A stretch of 24,784 nt of DNA from NCBI GenBank assembly GCA_049514295.1, contig JBEKVF010000001.1, forward strand, positions 1 to 24,784, written 5' to 3'. The position numbers were made by a program, and so were the translations under genes. Positions 22,981 through 24,784 of the stretch are shown here, piece by piece. The DNA is from Acidimicrobiales bacterium (GTDB lineage Bacteria; Actinomycetota; Acidimicrobiia; Acidimicrobiales; RAAP-2). The notes beneath the pieces were generated by a model, which saw only the letters and a list, made by a program, of their open reading frames with translations, was not told the DNA's origin and made no database searches. The first letter of the stretch is position 1; each line of letters opens with the position of its first letter.

Positions 22981-23000
22981 GTTCCGGGTGGGCGCCGTGC

Positions 23001-24784
23001 CTAGCGGGCTGCGGGTCCTTCCGGTGCACCAGCCGAGGGGTCGGCGGAAGGGGGCCACGGCGGTGGCGGCCACGACTCGGTCTCGGGCCGCTGGGCGGCC
23101 GGTGGGGTGGGTGCGGCCGGCACGGCGACCGGCCCACCGGCGGTGTCGGTCCCGGTGTGCGGCACGTGGCCGTTGCCGGCGCCGTTGGCTCCGTTGGCTC
23201 CGTTGGCTCCGTTGGCTCCGCCGCCGTTGGAGGCCGGCGCGTTGATGGCGGCCTCGTTGAAGTGCGGCACCGACTTGGCCCCCTCGGTGTGCACGGGCGA
23301 CCCGTGGGCCTCGTCGACCAGGCGGGCCACCTCGCTGCCGTTGATGATCTCGTTGTCGAGCAGCGCACGGGCGATGGCGTTGAGGCCGCCCCGGTGCTTG
23401 CTCAGCACCTCCATGGCCCGCGTCTCCTCGGAGCGCAGGATCCGCTCGACCTCGTCGTCAATGACCTTGGACGTGTTCTCGGAGTAGTCACGGGTGTGCA
23501 TGAGGTCCTCGCCCAGGAAGACCTGGCCCTGGGATCCCCAGGCCATCGGGCCGATGGCCTCGCTCATGCCCCACTCGCGGACCATCTTGCGCGCCAGCTC
23601 CGTGTTGCCCACCAGGTCGTTGGCGGCACCGGTGGACAGGTCGCCGTAGACGAGCAGCTCGGCGCAGCGCCCACCCATGCGCACGCACAACGAGTCCTCG
23701 ATGTACTGGCGGGGGTGGATGTGGCGTTCCTCCATCGGCAGCTGGTGGGTGACGCCGAGCGCCATGCCCGTCGGGAGGATGGTGACCTTGTGCACCGGGT
23801 CGGCGTGCTCGAGCACATAGGCGAGCACCGCGTGGCCGCCCTCGTGGTACGCGATGCGCTCCTTCTCGGACTCCGAGAGGACCATGGACTCGCGGCGCTG
23901 GCCGAGCAGCACCCGGTCGCGCGCCGTCTCGAAGTCGGCCATGGCGATCTCCGCGCTGCCCCGGCGCACGGCGTGGAGGGCGGCCTCGTTGACGAGGTTG
24001 GCCAGGTCGGCGCCGCTCATGCCCGGCGTGCCCCGCGCCACGACGCCGAGGTCGACGTCGGATGACATCCGCTTGCCCTTGCAGTGGACCTGCAGAATGG
24101 GCAGCCGCTCCTCGAGGTCGGGCAGCGGCACCACGATCTGGCGGTCGAAGCGCCCGGGCCGCAGCAGCGCGGGGTCGAGGATGTCGGGCCGGTTGGTGGC
24201 GGCGATCATCACCACGCCCTCGGAGGTGTCGAAGCCGTCCATCTCCGAGAGCATCTGGTTGAGGGTCTGCTCGCGCTCGTCGTGGCCGCCGCCCAGGCCG
24301 GCGCCGCGCTTGCGGCCGATGGAGTCGATCTCGTCGACGAAGACGATGGCGGGGGCCTGCTTGCGGGCCGTCTGGAACAGGTCCCGGACCCGGCTGGCCC
24401 CGACGCCCACGAACATCTCCATGAAGTCCGAGCCGCTCACCGACATGAAGGGCACGCCGGCCTCGCCGGCGACGGCCCGTGCGATGAGCGTCTTGCCGGT
24501 ACCGGGCGGGCCCACGAGCAGGACGCCCTTGGGGATCTTCGCCCCGATCTCCTTGAAGCGGGCCGGGGTCTTGAGGAAGTCGACGACCTCGCTGATCTCC
24601 TGCTTGACCCCGGTGTAGCCGGCGACGTCGTCGAAGGTGGTGGAGGGGCGGTCGCTGCTGAAGGTCTTGGCTTTGGATCGACCGATCGACATGATCCCCG
24701 ACATCTGCCCCCGGGTCTGGCGGCCGATGAAGTAGATGAAGGCGGCCCCGATCCCGATGATGAAGATGTAGGGCAGGAGGCTGG
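23001..24784 (-). CDS. ftsH: ATP-dependent zinc metalloprotease FtsH; 5' end beyond the window
   Basis: TM2 end '[22 protein letters not shown]', 'TFDDVAG', Walker A 'GPPGTGKT', pore loop 'FVG', Walker B 'IVFVDEID', SRH '[21 protein letters not shown]', zinc site 'HEGGH' and 'TGAANDL'. Confidence 0.97.
   Translation of the reverse strand, partial: SLLPYIFIIGIGAAFIYFIGRQTRGQMSGIMSIGRSKAKTFSSDRPSTTFDDVAGYTGVKQEISEVVDFLKTPARFKEIGAKIPKGVLLVGPPGTGKTLIARAVAGEAGVPFMSVSGSDFMEMFVGVGASRVRDLFQTARKQAPAIVFVDEIDSIGRKRGAGLGGGHDEREQTLNQMLSEMDGFDTSEGVVMIAATNRPDILDPALLRPGRFDRQIVVPLPDLEERLPILQVHCKGKRMSSDVDLGVVARGTPGMSGADLANLVNEAALHAVRRGSAEIAMADFETARDRVLLGQRRESMVLSESEKERIAYHEGGHAVLAYVLEHADPVHKVTILPTGMALGVTHQLPMEERHIHPRQYIEDSLCVRMGGRCAELLVYGDLSTGAANDLVGNTELARKMVREWGMSEAIGPMAWGSQGQVFLGEDLMHTRDYSENTSKVIDDEVERILRSEETRAMEVLSKHRGGLNAIARALLDNEIINGSEVARLVDEAHGSPVHTEGAKSVPHFNEAAINAPASNGGGANGANGANGANGAGNGHVPHTGTDTAGGPVAVPAAPTPPAAQRPETESWPPPPWPPSADPSAGAPEGPAAR
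23182..23217. repeat. 9-bp tandem repeat (CCGTTGGCT)x4 encoding (ANG)4 in the FtsH tail
   Basis: Four exact copies read directly at 23182-23190, 23191-23199, 23200-23208 and 23209-23217. Confidence 0.95.

Noticed and set aside
568-24618. Many long antisense or frame-shifted ORFs (for example 568..1590, 1817..3064, 2859..4256, 4552..6171, 11444..12727, 18594..19424, 19580..20698, 22866..24065)
   Set aside because: All are shadows of motif-supported genes on the other strand or frame, with no recognisable domains; this is expected in high-GC DNA.
1-24784. CRISPR array, anti-phage defence genes, toxin-antitoxin pairs, transposases or retroelements
   Set aside because: I saw no repeat-spacer array or diagnostic motifs, and the window is almost fully tiled by genes with ordinary metabolic, envelope or regulatory assignments.

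Overview
High-GC bacterial chromosomal window, most likely from an actinobacterium; the gene content and order suggest Acidimicrobiia, which is inference. It holds 20 protein-coding genes (2 cut by the window edges) and one tRNA-Leu(UAA). In order: PlsC-like acyltransferase (partial); NlpC/P60 coiled-coil peptidoglycan endopeptidase; type-B carboxylesterase; tRNA-Leu(UAA); stand-alone SARP/BTAD-type regulator; membrane-anchored Thr-rich hypothetical protein; mannose-1-phosphate guanylyltransferase-like NDP-sugar synthase; GalE-like epimerase; F420 genes cofE and cofD; acyl-CoA ligase; SDR; three GT4 glycosyltransferases; Rmd-like GDP-sugar reductase; small amphipathic protein; 1100-aa GT2 membrane protein; DUF5719-like protein; DUF4349 putative anti-sigma factor; ECF sigma factor; FtsH (partial). 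I found no CRISPR array, integrase, transposase, phage gene or recognisable defence system, so this is mostly cell-envelope and cofactor housekeeping DNA and I cannot claim a clearly new system. Best leads: (1) an ftsH-ECF sigma-DUF4349 module with an ECF-type promoter in front of the sigma gene; (2) a roughly 7-kb acyl-CoA ligase/SDR/3xGT4/Rmd block where whiB normally lies between cofD and GT2-DUF5719, possibly making a D-rhamnose- or mannose-containing glycan or glycolipid; (3) a GT4 gene with no canonical start, probably initiating at CTG; (4) a short-variable-arm tRNA-Leu(UAA) 29 nt upstream of a SARP/BTAD gene; (5) at least five apparent leaderless promoters. All protein family calls come from motif recognition by eye, not database searches.
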